Of a stretch of 32,000 nucleotides of DNA, positions 13,733 to 22,892 are shown one piece after another (position 1 is the stretch's first letter; every line of letters starts with the position of its first letter). The notes below the pieces were generated by a model. It was not told the origin of the DNA and ran no database searches. It was given only the letters and a program-made list of their open reading frames with translations. The stretch is taken from assembly GCA_038823825.1 (NCBI GenBank), contig JAWBCC010000004.1, positions 1 to 32,000 on the forward strand, given 5' to 3'. The position numbers and the translations under genes were made by a program. The stretch comes from Candidatus Hadarchaeales archaeon. Lineage in GTDB: Archaea; Hadarchaeota; Hadarchaeia; Hadarchaeales; Hadarchaeaceae.

Positions 13733-15571
13733 ATGAAAAAATTTCCGATTGTGGCTGCTGTTCTGCTTGTGATCGTTTTCTCTTTCATGATCTATCTAAC
13801 AAGGAAACCTGTCGAAAAATTGCCATACACCTTCACCCGGGACTGGCTCAGGAAAGGAAACATTTGGGTTTTCGACCAACCACCACCGGAATATCTTGAG
13901 GCGCTGGGAGCAACCGGCACTGCTTTCTCCGTCTACTATTCCGGTTTCAACGAGTATGAGTGGAATTATGTGAAATCTCTACATCACCGTGGCTTTAAAG
14001 CCACTGCCAATCTTCCTCTTGGGCAGGCTACCATTACCGAAAACATCGAGCTCAGAGAAAATGTCTGCAAGAGAAACATTCACAACCAGCCAATTCTTCT
14101 GCTCGGACTAGAAGGAATTTACAACGCATGTGGGAATAATCCGCTCTGGCGTGATTTTCTCATGAAGAGGATAGCCGAGCTGGCGCAAGGAGATGTGGAC
14201 GGAATACTTCTCGACGAACCGGGGGATATCGGGGATTGTTTCTGTGACCACTGCATGCGAGCCTTTAACAATTACTTAGCTGAACATTACACGTCCGAAG
14301 AATTACAGCGGTTTTTTGGGATAACTGATCTCTCATCTTTCAGCTATCGGGAATATCTGCTGAGAAATGGGGGAACCCAATGGTGGGACGATCCCAATCC
14401 AAACCTGCAAATGGCCTATCTAAAATTCAGGTATTCGGAAAGAGTGAACTTCATTCGCAACCTCATTCGGCAAGCCAAAGAGGCCGCGGGCTGGGACATT
14501 CCCGTTACGGCCAATGTCTACGAGTTTTCACCGAATCACCAAATTTTCGTTCCCCTCCTCGACTTTGTAATCTACGAGATGCCGATAATCCCGGAAGCCC
14601 ACCCTGACGTTTCTTATCTTAGATCGATCCCTGGCAAACATTTTGTAACTTATCTTCTGGCCGAAGCTCTAGATCCAGAGAAGCCATTCTCAGCTTTCCC
14701 GGATGTCTTTGACTTACTCCACCTCTCCAGAGACTTGGAGAATGAGCAATGGCTGTGGAGATACTGGTTGGCAGAAGCGAGAGCCTGCGGCGCCTCCTTC
14801 ATGATACCATACAAAGCGTACGTTTATGGAGGGGAAAGTGATTACACGCTGGATGTCGAGGAGGTCTCTCCCTACACGAAATTCTTTGCCGAAAATCCGG
14901 AATATTATGAAAACTTGGAAAGAATTGCAACCGTTGGACTACTTTTTGATCTTCACTCCACACTTTTCAATAAGTTTACCTGGCTTACCTACAACGCATG
15001 GTCGAGCTTCGAAAACATCGGAATAACCCTCCAAGAAGCCCATGTTCCCTTTGAGGTAATTTACAGAGGCGATGGGGTTTTCGTGCAGAAATCTTGTTCA
15101 CTTAGCGAATTACGGAGGTATCGGGCGATCATAATACCTAAAGATTACGATCTCGATCAAGACTTCCTGAACATTCTGCAGCAATATTCAGCCAGCGGAG
15201 GCATAGTCATAAGACGCGACAACTTGGCTGATGACTCCCAAATAGTTTCAGAGCTGAGAAGACTCGGAATCGATCTCGGGGTGGAAACAAATGCCACAGA
15301 TGCTCTCTCGCTTATCATTTACCGTAGAGGAGATTCGCTCTTGATCCATATGATAAACTCTAGATACGACCTACAGGCGCGCGATTTTTCGAGTTTAACA
15401 AATGTAGAAATAACGCTGACGATTCCAGATGGGGTAACGCTAGATGGGAAACTCCTTAGAGTCGTAAGCCCGGATTCAGATAACATAACTCTGGGCTTCG
15501 TGATACAAGATAGAAAGGCGAAGTTCACATTGCCCTATCTTCACTGCTATTCCGTGGCATTCTTCGAGTGA
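13733..15571 (+). CDS. N-terminally membrane-anchored glycoside-hydrolase-like protein (function uncertain)
   Basis: 612-aa ORF with an N-terminal hydrophobic anchor (FPIVAAVLLVIVFSFMIYL). The block DGILLDEPGDIGDCFCDHCMRAFNNYL resembles TIM-barrel glycosidase-like families. The neighbours are a sugar kinase and GH92. Confidence 0.4.
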   Translation: MKKFPIVAAVLLVIVFSFMIYLTRKPVEKLPYTFTRDWLRKGNIWVFDQPPPEYLEALGATGTAFSVYYSGFNEYEWNYVKSLHHRGFKATANLPLGQATITENIELRENVCKRNIHNQPILLLGLEGIYNACGNNPLWRDFLMKRIAELAQGDVDGILLDEPGDIGDCFCDHCMRAFNNYLAEHYTSEELQRFFGITDLSSFSYREYLLRNGGTQWWDDPNPNLQMAYLKFRYSERVNFIRNLIRQAKEAAGWDIPVTANVYEFSPNHQIFVPLLDFVIYEMPIIPEAHPDVSYLRSIPGKHFVTYLLAEALDPEKPFSAFPDVFDLLHLSRDLENEQWLWRYWLAEARACGASFMIPYKAYVYGGESDYTLDVEEVSPYTKFFAENPEYYENLERIATVGLLFDLHSTLFNKFTWLTYNAWSSFENIGITLQEAHVPFEVIYRGDGVFVQKSCSLSELRRYRAIIIPKDYDLDQDFLNILQQYSASGGIVIRRDNLADDSQIVSELRRLGIDLGVETNATDALSLIIYRRGDSLLIHMINSRYDLQARDFSSLTNVEITLTIPDGVTLDGKLLRVVSPDSDNITLGFVIQDRKAKFTLPYLHCYSVAFFE

Positions 15572-15645
15572 AAAAATTCGATGTCAATGATTATGCCGAA
15601 TGTTTTTCCGAGAAGTTTTTTAGGGGAAGAACCTACTTGAAACCG

Positions 15646-16608
15646 ATGAAACTCGTCGCTGGAATTGATATTGGAGGAACAAAAGTAAAGTGTGTTGTCG
15701 CGGATGAGAAAGGTCGATTTCTGGTTTCTCTGAAAGAGCCAATCGATGTGAGAAGTGAGAGAGCAATCGTCGAACAACTCTTCACGATGATCTCGCAGGC
15801 TTGCAAGAAGGCAAAAATCGAAAAACTAGCAGCGGTTGGCATAGCCTCAGCCGGTCCAATGAACTTGGCGAAGGGCGAGCTGATGAAACCAACCAATATA
15901 CCATTTCCAAGGGTCCCGCTCGTCCGACCTCTAGAGGAAGAGCTGGAGATTCCCGTATGTCTGCTGAACGATTGCTCGGCGGCCGTGCTGGGTGAAGCCA
16001 TCTTTGGAGCCGGGAAGGGGGAAGAAAACGTCGTGTACGTCGGGATCGGGACGGGAATAGGTGGGGGTGCAATCGTTGACGGTCATCTTCTCTTCGGGAA
16101 AGATGGAAACGCGTGCGAAATCGGACATATCGTTGTAGATCCAGCCGGTAGGCTCGAGTGTGGTTGCGGAAAAAGAGGACACTGGGAAGCCTACTGTTCT
16201 GGTAAAAATATTCCAAACTTCGTAAGGATGAGGCTTGAGGAGATGGGCGAGAAATCTGACCTATCGGAGCTCGGTTCAAAGGAGATATATCAGAGAGCGA
16301 GAAGCGGAGATAAACTCGCTCTCAAACTCGTCATGGAAATAGCGGAGTTAAACGCAGTGGGTCTAGCCGACGTCGTTAACGTGTATGACCCGTCTATTCT
16401 CACGCTTGGAGGGAGTGTCGCGCTGAAGGATTCCGACCTTGTCGTCGAGCCCGCGAAGAAGCGGATAGCCAAATATCTGAGAAACAGAAAGCCGAAAGTT
16501 GTGACGACACCACTCGGCGAAGATGCTGTCCTCTTCGGAGCAGTTGCGCTGGCCCTTAATCCAGAAGTCTTGCCGAAAAAGTTTAGGCATGCCTCAAGAT
16601 TCTTGTAA
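15646..16608 (+). CDS. ROK-family sugar kinase (glucokinase-like)
   Basis: Motifs are KLVAGIDIGGTK, LLNDCSAAVLGE, VGIGTGIGGGAIVDG and the ROK Zn motif CEIGH..CGCGKRGHWE. I prefer ATG 15646. The track start 15568 is a GTG overlapping the upstream stop and adds 26 non-conserved-looking residues. Confidence 0.8.
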   Translation: MKLVAGIDIGGTKVKCVVADEKGRFLVSLKEPIDVRSERAIVEQLFTMISQACKKAKIEKLAAVGIASAGPMNLAKGELMKPTNIPFPRVPLVRPLEEELEIPVCLLNDCSAAVLGEAIFGAGKGEENVVYVGIGTGIGGGAIVDGHLLFGKDGNACEIGHIVVDPAGRLECGCGKRGHWEAYCSGKNIPNFVRMRLEEMGEKSDLSELGSKEIYQRARSGDKLALKLVMEIAELNAVGLADVVNVYDPSILTLGGSVALKDSDLVVEPAKKRIAKYLRNRKPKVVTTPLGEDAVLFGAVALALNPEVLPKKFRHASRFL

Positions 16609-16617
16609 GGTGTCCAA

Positions 16618-17031
16618 ATGATCGAGATTATTTTTATAATTGCCGGATTCCTCTTTGGAATCTTCCTGGCTTCAAAATACTACCAATGGAAGTTTAGAAC
16701 TATGCTTGAAAGATGGAGAATGGAGTTCGAAGAAAAGTTGAAAGCGGAGATTCTGGAAAGGAGTCGGGCGGTTTTGAAAGGAAAAATAGGAGAACAGCTT
16801 GCCCCGCTTCTCCCTGCCTTCAAGCATGAGCCGGCTGATGCACGCTTCATCGGCTCCCCGGTAGACTACATCGTCTTCGAGGGATACAAGGAAGGTGAAC
16901 CACAAAAAATAATCTTCTTGGACGTAAAAACTGGAAAGAGCCGAGAGCTCACGCCGATCGAAAGAAAGATCAAAAAGCTAATAGATGAAAAAAAGATCGA
17001 GTGGGAGACAGTAGAAATCCCTGAAGTTTGA
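16618..17031 (+). CDS. Membrane-anchored endonuclease related to archaeal Holliday junction resolvase (PF10107-like)
   Basis: An N-terminal TM helix (IIFIIAGFLFGIFLA) and a coiled segment are followed by DARFIGSPVDYIVFEG..KIIFLDVKTGKSRELTPIERKIKKLI. This matches the D..(E/D)VK restriction-endonuclease-fold pattern of that family. Confidence 0.55.
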   Translation: MIEIIFIIAGFLFGIFLASKYYQWKFRTMLERWRMEFEEKLKAEILERSRAVLKGKIGEQLAPLLPAFKHEPADARFIGSPVDYIVFEGYKEGEPQKIIFLDVKTGKSRELTPIERKIKKLIDEKKIEWETVEIPEV

Positions 17032-17034
17032 AAA

Positions 17035-17409
17035 TCACCAGCTTTCTCCAAGAAAATCCACGATGAAACATGCATTGTATGTAGCCTCGATCCCGTTTGC
17101 TCTGCAGAACTCAATCGCCCTTTCTGACTCAGATCCTGGTTGCATCCAGACTTTTGTTATGCCAAGTTCTCTGCACTCCTCGACAATCTTCTCCGTCACC
17201 CGCGGTGGAACTACCGTTATCACAAGATCCGGCTTGACCGGCAGATCTTTCAGAGAGGAGTAACATTTTTCTCCATCGACTTCGGGATAATTGGGATTTA
17301 CAGGAAAGACATCGAATCCAAGAGATTTTAGCTTGTTGTAAATTCTCCACCCCCACTTTTCTCTGTTAGGAGAGGCGCCGACCACAGCTATTTTCTTCGG
17401 CAGGGTCAC
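17035..17409 (-). CDS. CoA-binding domain protein (YccU/COG1832-like)
   Basis: The block KKIAVVGASPNREKWGWRIY..GFDVFPVNPNY..VDGEKCYSSLKDLP..DLVITVVPP..GITKVWMQPG is the typical small CoA-binding Rossmann protein. Confidence 0.7.
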   Translation of the reverse strand: MTLPKKIAVVGASPNREKWGWRIYNKLKSLGFDVFPVNPNYPEVDGEKCYSSLKDLPVKPDLVITVVPPRVTEKIVEECRELGITKVWMQPGSESERAIEFCRANGIEATYNACFIVDFLGESW

Positions 17410-17446
17410 AATATCACCTTAAACTCGGAAGATAAAGAAATTCCAG

Positions 17447-19492
17447 ATGCGAGACAAAATTATCCTGACCGCTTTAATAATCACCATTCTGACTCTCACT
17501 CTGTTCAAAAATATCCATGCCGAAAGCATGCCTGCTCCCGAGAATCTTGCCGACTATGTCAATCCTTTCATTGGGGTAGGTGAGGACGGAAGGACTTTCC
17601 CAGCAGTTTCCCTTCCGTTCGGTTTTACCCAGTGGACTCCACAGTCACCTAAGGAGACCGAAAGAGCAGAGATTCCCTACTGGGGAGAAAACACTATAAC
17701 TGGGTTCAGAGGATCACATGCCCCGCAGGGTTCCTGGATGCTCGACTACGGATGTCTGACAATCCAGCCACAAGCCGGATCTCTGAAGCTCACACCCGCC
17801 CAGAGAGAGGTCAGAATGGAAAACGTTGAAGCGCATCCGGACTACTGGTCATGCATCCTGATAGATCAGTTCGGAATAAAAGTTGAGATAACAGCGACGA
17901 TGCATTGTGCTATTTTTAGGCTGACTTATCTCGGATCAGGAGCAGCGTACGTTCTGGTGGACGCACATGCGGGCGGACAAACCTTTGTTATTCATGAGAA
18001 CTCCGAGATTCTCGTACATAATGTGCAACACGGGTATGGTAGCTCGATCGAGGGTTTTCATGTCGTCCGATTCGAAAAACCCTTCCTGCAGTCTTCGGCG
18101 GCTTCTGGAGAGCTCGCACACGCAGACTATGCAGTGCAGTCCGGCGATGTGATACTCCTGAAGGTCGGAACGTCTTTCATAAGCTATGAACAGGCGAGAA
18201 TGAACTTAGCCCTAGAAATTCCCGGCTGGGACTTTGAAAACGTGAGGAGGACCGCGAGAGAAATCTGGAATAAAGAACTAGGACGCATAGAAGTGGAAAG
18301 CGAAAACCAAGAGGACCTCGTGAAGTTTTACACGGCTCTCTATCACTGCCTGCTGGAACCGAGCCAGCTTTCCGAGTATGGAAAATACTACAGTGCCTTC
18401 GACAACAAAATCCACGAGTGTGCGTGGGGAGAATACTACAACGATTTTTCGCTCTGGGACACGTTTCGGGCCGAACATTCCCTCCTGATACTCCTCAAAC
18501 CAAGAGAAGCGGAAGATATGTGCCAGTCGCTTACCAGAATGGGGATCGAAGGTGGGTGGATTCCGAAGTGGCCCAACCCAGGATATTCTGGAATAATGAT
18601 TGCGACGCATGCTGATTCCGTCATTGCCGAAACATACCTGAAAGGACTTGTTCGATTTGATGCCGAAACTGCATATATGTTATGCTACAAACACGCGACG
18701 CGTCCGGGGCCGTCGTTCTTCGAGGCGAGAGAGGGAGTCGAATATTACACAGAACTGGGATATGTGCCGGCCAACGTCATGGGGGAAGCCACCTCGATCA
18801 CAATTGAGTCCTCGTACGACGATTATGCGCTGGCAATGTTTGCACTGGCTCTCGGAAGGGAAAACGAACACAGATACTTCCTCGAGAGATCCAGATACTG
18901 GAGGAACGTTTACGATCCAAATGCACCGGGTGAACCCGGAAATCCTTACAGAGGATACGTACGTGGCAGAAATCTAGATGGATCTTGGACGAATCCTACA
19001 GATTTTTCTCCAACTCAGTGGTATTCCTACATCACTGAAGGAACGCCATTTCAGTACACTTGGCATGTGATGCACGATGTGAAGGGTTTGATAGACGCGA
19101 TGGGCGGTAGAGACATCTTTAACGCAAAACTCGATTGGTTCTTTGATCACTCAGTGTGGAGGAAGGGGAACGACTGGTCAAGCTACTACTGGCACGGAAA
19201 TGAGCCCTGTCAACATGTAGCTTACCTTTACAACTGGTCGGGTAAACCTTGGAGGACACAAGAACTTGTCAGAAAAATCATGGAGACCAGATACTGGACG
19301 ATAACTGGAAAGATAGGGGGACTCTGTGGCAATGAGGATTGCGGTCAAACATCTGCCTGGTTTGTTTTCTCGGCGATGGGATTTTATCCGGTCTGCCCAG
19401 TCGGTCTTCACTACGAAATCGGTAGTCCCCTCTTTAAAAAATCATCGTCCATCTGCCCGATTATCATTACGGCGGAAGAGATTTCACAATAA
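17447..19492 (+). CDS. GH92 alpha-mannosidase, signal peptide plus catalytic region, terminated prematurely by a frameshift
   Basis: It has an N-terminal signal/anchor. GH92 blocks are VNPFIGVGEDGRTFPAVSLPFGFTQWTPQ and GLCGNEDCGQTSAWFVFSAMGFYPVCP..YEIGSPLF. After the A6 run at 19436-19441 the frame gives a nonsense tail (SSSICPIIITAEEISQ), while the conserved GH92 C-terminus continues in another frame. Confidence 0.8.
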   Translation: MRDKIILTALIITILTLTLFKNIHAESMPAPENLADYVNPFIGVGEDGRTFPAVSLPFGFTQWTPQSPKETERAEIPYWGENTITGFRGSHAPQGSWMLDYGCLTIQPQAGSLKLTPAQREVRMENVEAHPDYWSCILIDQFGIKVEITATMHCAIFRLTYLGSGAAYVLVDAHAGGQTFVIHENSEILVHNVQHGYGSSIEGFHVVRFEKPFLQSSAASGELAHADYAVQSGDVILLKVGTSFISYEQARMNLALEIPGWDFENVRRTAREIWNKELGRIEVESENQEDLVKFYTALYHCLLEPSQLSEYGKYYSAFDNKIHECAWGEYYNDFSLWDTFRAEHSLLILLKPREAEDMCQSLTRMGIEGGWIPKWPNPGYSGIMIATHADSVIAETYLKGLVRFDAETAYMLCYKHATRPGPSFFEAREGVEYYTELGYVPANVMGEATSITIESSYDDYALAMFALALGRENEHRYFLERSRYWRNVYDPNAPGEPGNPYRGYVRGRNLDGSWTNPTDFSPTQWYSYITEGTPFQYTWHVMHDVKGLIDAMGGRDIFNAKLDWFFDHSVWRKGNDWSSYYWHGNEPCQHVAYLYNWSGKPWRTQELVRKIMETRYWTITGKIGGLCGNEDCGQTSAWFVFSAMGFYPVCPVGLHYEIGSPLFKKSSSICPIIITAEEISQ

Positions 19493-19614
19493 TCGCTCAT
19501 AACAATTCAAAAGAGAACGTTTATATTCAGTCGGCCAAACTAAACGGAAAACCGCTTAACAGACCTTGGCTTTGGCACTGGGAAATAGCCGCCGGCGGAA
19601 CGCTTGAGCTCTGG

Positions 19615-21654
19615 ATGGGTCCTCAACCGAACTATGAATGGGGGGTCAATCCAGACGACATGCCTCCCTCTGGAGAGTATATTCCATGGACTCCTTTAGA
19701 ATGTAAGAGTTTAGAGGCGCCTGAAAAAGTAGAAATCGGGAAAAATTTCCAAGCGACAATCAGAGTGAGAAATCCGCTTCCGGCGACCGTTGTCGGATAC
19801 ATCGTTGTAAAAATAGATAACGAAAACATGCTGAAACCTGTGATTGTAAGAGGAGAGGAAAATCTCGTAGTTTTTGACTGTCTGTTCTACCGGGCGGGCG
19901 AACATGTTATCTCCGTCGAAAATCATTACGTAATAGTTAGAGCTGAGCCTTTCCCCACTATTTTGAGATTCCCTCCATGGAGAAATGTAACCAAGGGACT
20001 TGTGGAGGAAAATAGTTCTCTGAAAATCGAGCCTATTCCGTCACAAATTGTCCGAGATTTGTCGGGGAACGGAAACAATGGAGTATTAGAGATCTCTTCG
20101 AACGCAGAACATGAGGATCCGCTAATAGTCAAAGATGGAACGAACTGGGTTTTCGAGTTCAATGGTGTAAACGATATTATAACCGTGCCGTCTTCCTCTT
20201 CTCTAAACTTGGGTTCTGAGTTCACGATCTCGGCATGGATATACTACGTGCACACGCCGGGGATTCACAGAATCATCAGTAAGTGGGGTGCGAACTACAG
20301 CCAGAAATCCTACCAGCTTTGGATTGCCGGGAGCGGATGGGGAGGACCCAAGGATGAAGTTATCTTGGAAACCCGAGATGGCGGAGTGGTGAACACCAGA
20401 TACGTGATGCCAAGTGAGGAGTGGCATCTGCTGACATGGGTTCACTCAAGAAGTGATGGATTCGACAGACTATTTATCGACGCCCAGTTGGTTTTCGAGA
20501 GAAGCGTAATCGCTGATCCAAGCCCCTCCGATCAATCGCTCGGCCTAGCAGGACAAACAGGAATCGAGCAATCGCGGCGCTTCAACTTCAGGGGCAGGAT
20601 GGATGACATAAGGATTTATCGCAAGGCTCTGAATTCTCAAGAAATCCAAACTTTATTCTTGGGCGGACTAGTGGAAGACCAAGCGCTTGTTGCTAGGTGG
20701 GACGCGGACGATCCCGCCTGCTTCGCAGGTGGTTCCGAAAGCTGGAATTCTGGATGGTTCGAGTTCGGATTTCCTGTCAAACTCATCTCGGTAGAATACG
20801 GGGTTGTTCGATCAATTGATGAAAATGTATACCTCACGCTATTATTGGATAACCAGTATGCGGTCGGGGTCTTCGGACCCATTTCTCTCGAAGGAGACAG
20901 AAAGATCTGGGTGGAAAACATCATCACAGAGAAGCTGTCTATAATCCTCGAACTTCAGACATCAAATTCGATACATTCGCCTAAAGTTAGAAATTTCTCC
21001 TTGGCAATGGAACCAGCTGAAGCTGCCCGCTTCATTTTCGAGAATCTAAACGTAGAACCACATGAGGTTCTTTCAGGAGAACCTGTGACGATTTTCGTTG
21101 ACATCAAAAATGTTGGAGATCTCGCCGGCACTTGCAGGATTGAACTTCTGATCGACAACGATGTTATCGACAATATCGACATCACACTGCAGCCAGGAGA
21201 AGCTAGAAGGGTGTATTTTACTCAGAGCCTAACGACGCCCGGAAAGCATACGGTTACCATCGGGGAGCTGAGTGTAGAATTCAATGTAGTCTCCTTTGAG
21301 ACGAAATTCATCATTCTCGGATTGAATGTTTCAAAAGAGAGGGTGAAGAAAGGCGAAAAGCTTGAAGTGATCGTGGTTGTTAAAAATTCTGGTAACACTT
21401 CTGGCACTTACGAAGTTATTCTGAAAGTGGATGGTGTGCAGGTTGAAAATATGCTTGTCTCGCTCGGCCCTTCCGAAAACATTGAAATCAGTTTTCGGAT
21501 TCGAATTTACAAAGCTGGAAAACATGTCGTTTCTGTCGATAATCTGGCCGAAGAGATCAACGTGTACGAGGAAAAAGATCTGACCTCAATAGTCGTGGGG
21601 GTTGCTGCAGCGCTTCTTGCAATCGCGCTGGGCTTAAAGTTCTTTTTCCGCTAG
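19615..21654 (+). CDS. Continuation of the GH92 gene: GH92 C-terminus, LamG/ConA-like lectin domain, two CARDB-like domains, C-terminal TM anchor
   Basis: This frame is open from 19438. Nt 19441-19614 encode IIVHLPDYHYGGRDFTIIAHNNSKENVYIQSAKLNGKPLNRPWLWHWEIAAGGTLELW, a typical GH92 end. LamG-like blocks follow (DLSGNGNNG, FTISAWIY, WHLLTWV, GRMDDIRIYRKAL). Then come two CARDB-like repeats (GEPVTIFVDIKNVG.., GEKLEVIVVVKNSG..) and a hydrophobic tail IVVGVAAALLAIALGL. Confidence 0.75.
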   Translation: MGPQPNYEWGVNPDDMPPSGEYIPWTPLECKSLEAPEKVEIGKNFQATIRVRNPLPATVVGYIVVKIDNENMLKPVIVRGEENLVVFDCLFYRAGEHVISVENHYVIVRAEPFPTILRFPPWRNVTKGLVEENSSLKIEPIPSQIVRDLSGNGNNGVLEISSNAEHEDPLIVKDGTNWVFEFNGVNDIITVPSSSSLNLGSEFTISAWIYYVHTPGIHRIISKWGANYSQKSYQLWIAGSGWGGPKDEVILETRDGGVVNTRYVMPSEEWHLLTWVHSRSDGFDRLFIDAQLVFERSVIADPSPSDQSLGLAGQTGIEQSRRFNFRGRMDDIRIYRKALNSQEIQTLFLGGLVEDQALVARWDADDPACFAGGSESWNSGWFEFGFPVKLISVEYGVVRSIDENVYLTLLLDNQYAVGVFGPISLEGDRKIWVENIITEKLSIILELQTSNSIHSPKVRNFSLAMEPAEAARFIFENLNVEPHEVLSGEPVTIFVDIKNVGDLAGTCRIELLIDNDVIDNIDITLQPGEARRVYFTQSLTTPGKHTVTIGELSVEFNVVSFETKFIILGLNVSKERVKKGEKLEVIVVVKNSGNTSGTYEVILKVDGVQVENMLVSLGPSENIEISFRIRIYKAGKHVVSVDNLAEEINVYEEKDLTSIVVGVAAALLAIALGLKFFFR

Positions 21655-22080
21655 CAACCTGAATTTGAAAACATAACGTCCGTCCTTTCGTATGCGCCAG
21701 GCGTCGACCAATCTGAAAAATCCATGATATTTCCAGATTCCCGGGGCGATCTTCTCATAAACTTTTACCCGCTCTGCTTTTCTTTTACCCAATTTAAAGG
21801 CCTTCACGGCCTCAAAGAAAAGACCGTTCTGCGTCAGCTTTCTGGATTTCGTCGTATACGGTTGGTCTATGCTCTTTGGGTCTGGACATCCTTTTCTCCT
21901 GAAGGCATTATGACCTTCATAAATGAGAATCTTGCCCGCTTCTTCCCAAAAATCCTCATAGGGTACATCTGATGAAGTATTCATCAAGATCACGCTGTAG
22001 TTTTTCTTCAACCGATAGTACATTCCACGGCGCAATCTTTTGCCTTCACGGCTACACATTTCTTGATAGGATATCTGCAC
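21634..22080 (-). CDS. Small stand-alone SRA/PUA-like domain protein (possible modified-base reader)
   Basis: 148 aa. The layout YSVILMNTSSDVPYEDF..GKILIYEGHN..DQ..TQNGLF..RVKVYEK..GIWKYHGFFRLVD..DGRYVFKFRL parallels the SAD/SRA (YDG) domain block order. The assignment is from pattern memory only. Confidence 0.35.
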   Translation of the reverse strand: MQISYQEMCSREGKRLRRGMYYRLKKNYSVILMNTSSDVPYEDFWEEAGKILIYEGHNAFRRKGCPDPKSIDQPYTTKSRKLTQNGLFFEAVKAFKLGKRKAERVKVYEKIAPGIWKYHGFFRLVDAWRIRKDGRYVFKFRLLAEKEL

Positions 22081-22105
22081 AATTCTTGGATGTATTTTAG
22101 ATTGT

Positions 22106-22807
22106 TTAAATCGATTTATGATGCAGAATACGCAGGAGTGGTATTTCCTCCATTTGATTTCGACCTACCATCTCCCAGATGATTCCTCTAGGCTTTGGAT
22201 GTTTTTTCTCGGTCTCGATTAGGCGTTCGGGTGTGGCGATGATATCGACCGGAACATCGTGAGGCTCAACCGGTACGCTCTCCACGATCTGCAGCTCGTG
22301 GACGGTTGTGGCAACTGGTGTGCTTTCTTCGGCAGCTCCACATTCCCTCAGAATTGCAAACTCTAGATCTCCGAATCCCCCTCCTTTCCCGATTCTCCCA
22401 CCACTCAAATCTACAGCAACTGAACCTTCCACAATGAGGTCCACTTTCAGATCCCATGGCATTATCTCCCTTCCGAATTTCATCGCTCCGCCTATCGTTG
22501 CGGCCTCGCGCGGATTTACGGCTCCGGAAACCTCGATAAAACCTATGCGCAATCTGGGGGAAGCCATCACAAGTCTTTTTCCGTCTATCAGCACGGCTTG
22601 CCTAACCGGAAGTTGTGGAGAATCTGGACTGACCAAGACGACCTCTGCACATCGGTACTGTCTTGATGAGCAAAGCCGTTCAGCGGCTTTCTCACTCCCG
22701 ATGAAGTTAGGAATCCTGCCCTCCACCGGTTTCGGGAATCTCGCAACCCCGGTCTCTTCGAGAATCCTCCAGATTTTCCTTCGGATTTCCATCTTCTGAG
22801 ACCTCAT
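22106..22807 (-). CDS. 5-formyltetrahydrofolate cyclo-ligase family protein
   Basis: Motifs are IRRKIW..L, VVLVSPDSPQLPVRQ, GKGGGFGDLEFAIL and HDVPVDIIATPE. I trim the listed ORF (22969) to ATG 22807 (MRSQKMEIRRK). The upstream 54 codons are hydrophobic junk that would cover the divergent promoter. Confidence 0.65.
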   Translation of the reverse strand: MRSQKMEIRRKIWRILEETGVARFPKPVEGRIPNFIGSEKAAERLCSSRQYRCAEVVLVSPDSPQLPVRQAVLIDGKRLVMASPRLRIGFIEVSGAVNPREAATIGGAMKFGREIMPWDLKVDLIVEGSVAVDLSGGRIGKGGGFGDLEFAILRECGAAEESTPVATTVHELQIVESVPVEPHDVPVDIIATPERLIETEKKHPKPRGIIWEMVGRNQMEEIPLLRILHHKSI

Positions 22808-22892
22808 CCTATAATACTCGACGCAAATGGAGGAGTTTTGTTTAATTAAACCAAAAGGTATAAATAAAGGTATTATACCAAAAAGTATACTG

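Noticed and set aside
22308-22799. 163-aa plus-strand ORF (and similar ones at 25078..25542, 25549..25977 and 30327..30869)
   Set aside because: They are antisense shadow ORFs inside the 5-FTHF cyclo-ligase, LysA-like and NAD kinase genes. They have Ser/Pro-rich composition and no motifs.
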